From Callorhinchus milii (taxonomy: Eukaryota), in the NCBI RefSeq assembly GCF_018977255.1, contig NW_024704743.1, positions 62,250,001-62,314,000 of the forward strand: 64,000 nucleotides of DNA, read 5' to 3'. Below, in pieces: positions 63,106-64,000 of the stretch. The position numbers were made by a program, and so were the translations under genes. Position 1 is the stretch's first letter; each line of letters begins with the position of its first letter. The notes beneath the pieces were generated by a model that worked only from the letters and a program-made list of their open reading frames with translations, was not told where the DNA came from and made no database searches.

Positions 63106-63438
63106 GCATTTCAGTGCAGCAGAACAGGAAATCGACTGAATTAAGCTAACTTTCTTCTGCTTGACTCACAATCTGCCTCTGCGATGGCAGATGGACTTGC
63201 TCCCAGCAGATGATGCCTGTGCTGATAGGAATCCGTGCTCAGACAGGACTCTGACCCAAGAGGTGAGTGTGTGAGCGAGAGTGGCATTAATTACCAACCT
63301 GCATGAAATTTGTGGTGATTTATAATGCATTCCTTGTGACAATTATCAGCATTTCAGGGGCAGCAGATCAGGAAATCGACTGAATTAAGTGTCTTTTCTT
63401 TTGTTCCTTGATTCAAATCTGCCTCCAGGTTGGCAGAT
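63106..63438. repeat. Local direct duplication of ~88 bp (63106-63192 and 63349-63438)
   Basis: Both units contain gcatttcag..gcagcaga.caggaaatcgactgaattaag and end in atctgcc-N9-ggcagat. Confidence 0.9.
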
Positions 63439-64000
63439 GCGTTCCTTGTGTTAATTATCACAAGGAATGTATTGTAAAACCTTACAAATTTCACCCCAGT
63501 TTTCTTTAACTTGTCTATGGCCTGGCCATTCAAAATGGGTCCCTGTTTTCTGGGAGAAAGCATTTTGGAAAATCCTGTTATAATTCTGTCCCTGGCTTCA
63601 ATCTCTCAGTGGTCGTGTTATGAGCAAGGCACATAAAAATAAACAACTTCTGGACCATCATTTTGCACTGATGTCATTTATTTAAGTGTTCTGAGACTCT
63701 ACTGCACGTGAAGGGTCACTATATAAATGTTGTTGTTGTACAGATGTGTGCGATGCACATAAAGTGCCACTGTCTTTACAAAGTGACATTACTGGTGCTT
63801 CCTGCCCCTGGGCAGCATGCAGCAAGGTTTGGTAGCAGCCCTTCCTTTACATAGAGCACTTGCACAGCTTTCTTGAAGTGACATCAGACTTCCAATGCAT
63901 AGCAATGTCAGCAGTAACCTGATGACCCAGAGGTCAGCTATTTATAATTGCAGGAAGGCAGCTAGTCAGCACCAAAACCCGGCTGTACTGCATTTAGAGT

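Noticed and set aside
62718..64000. Further upstream SEMA5A exon
   Set aside because: No TSP1-type reading frame found; the preceding exon must lie beyond the window.

Overview
Vertebrate genomic DNA, AT-rich and CpG-poor. The repeat content (DeuSINE-type SINEs, CR1 and L2 LINEs, LF-SINE-like remnants) suggests a cartilaginous fish, which is an inference. The only protein-coding gene I can support is the 3' end of SEMA5A on the minus strand: four exons at 62562-62717, 60353-60397, 60033-60244 and 58828-58947, all with GT-AG junctions and matching phases. They encode the last TSP1 repeat, the transmembrane helix and the cytoplasmic tail. A repeat-poor ~3.9 kb candidate 3'UTR follows and ends near 54890. 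The remaining ~54 kb looks like gene-free downstream DNA filled with decayed retroelements and a few enhancer-like islands. The most notable sequence-level observations are: (1) a SINE and an L2 LINE share a 3' stem-loop with a compensatory base-pair change; (2) the SINE occurs as two subfamilies differing by an internal ~55-nt segment; (3) an unrecognised ~350-bp hairpin-rich repeat occurs at least five times; (4) two Penelope-type elements carry degenerate hammerhead-ribozyme cores, one inside the last SEMA5A intron; (5) LF-SINE-like remnants are present. I found no convincing novel multi-gene system. Repeat family names come from recalled consensus sequences, not a database search, and repeat boundaries are approximate.
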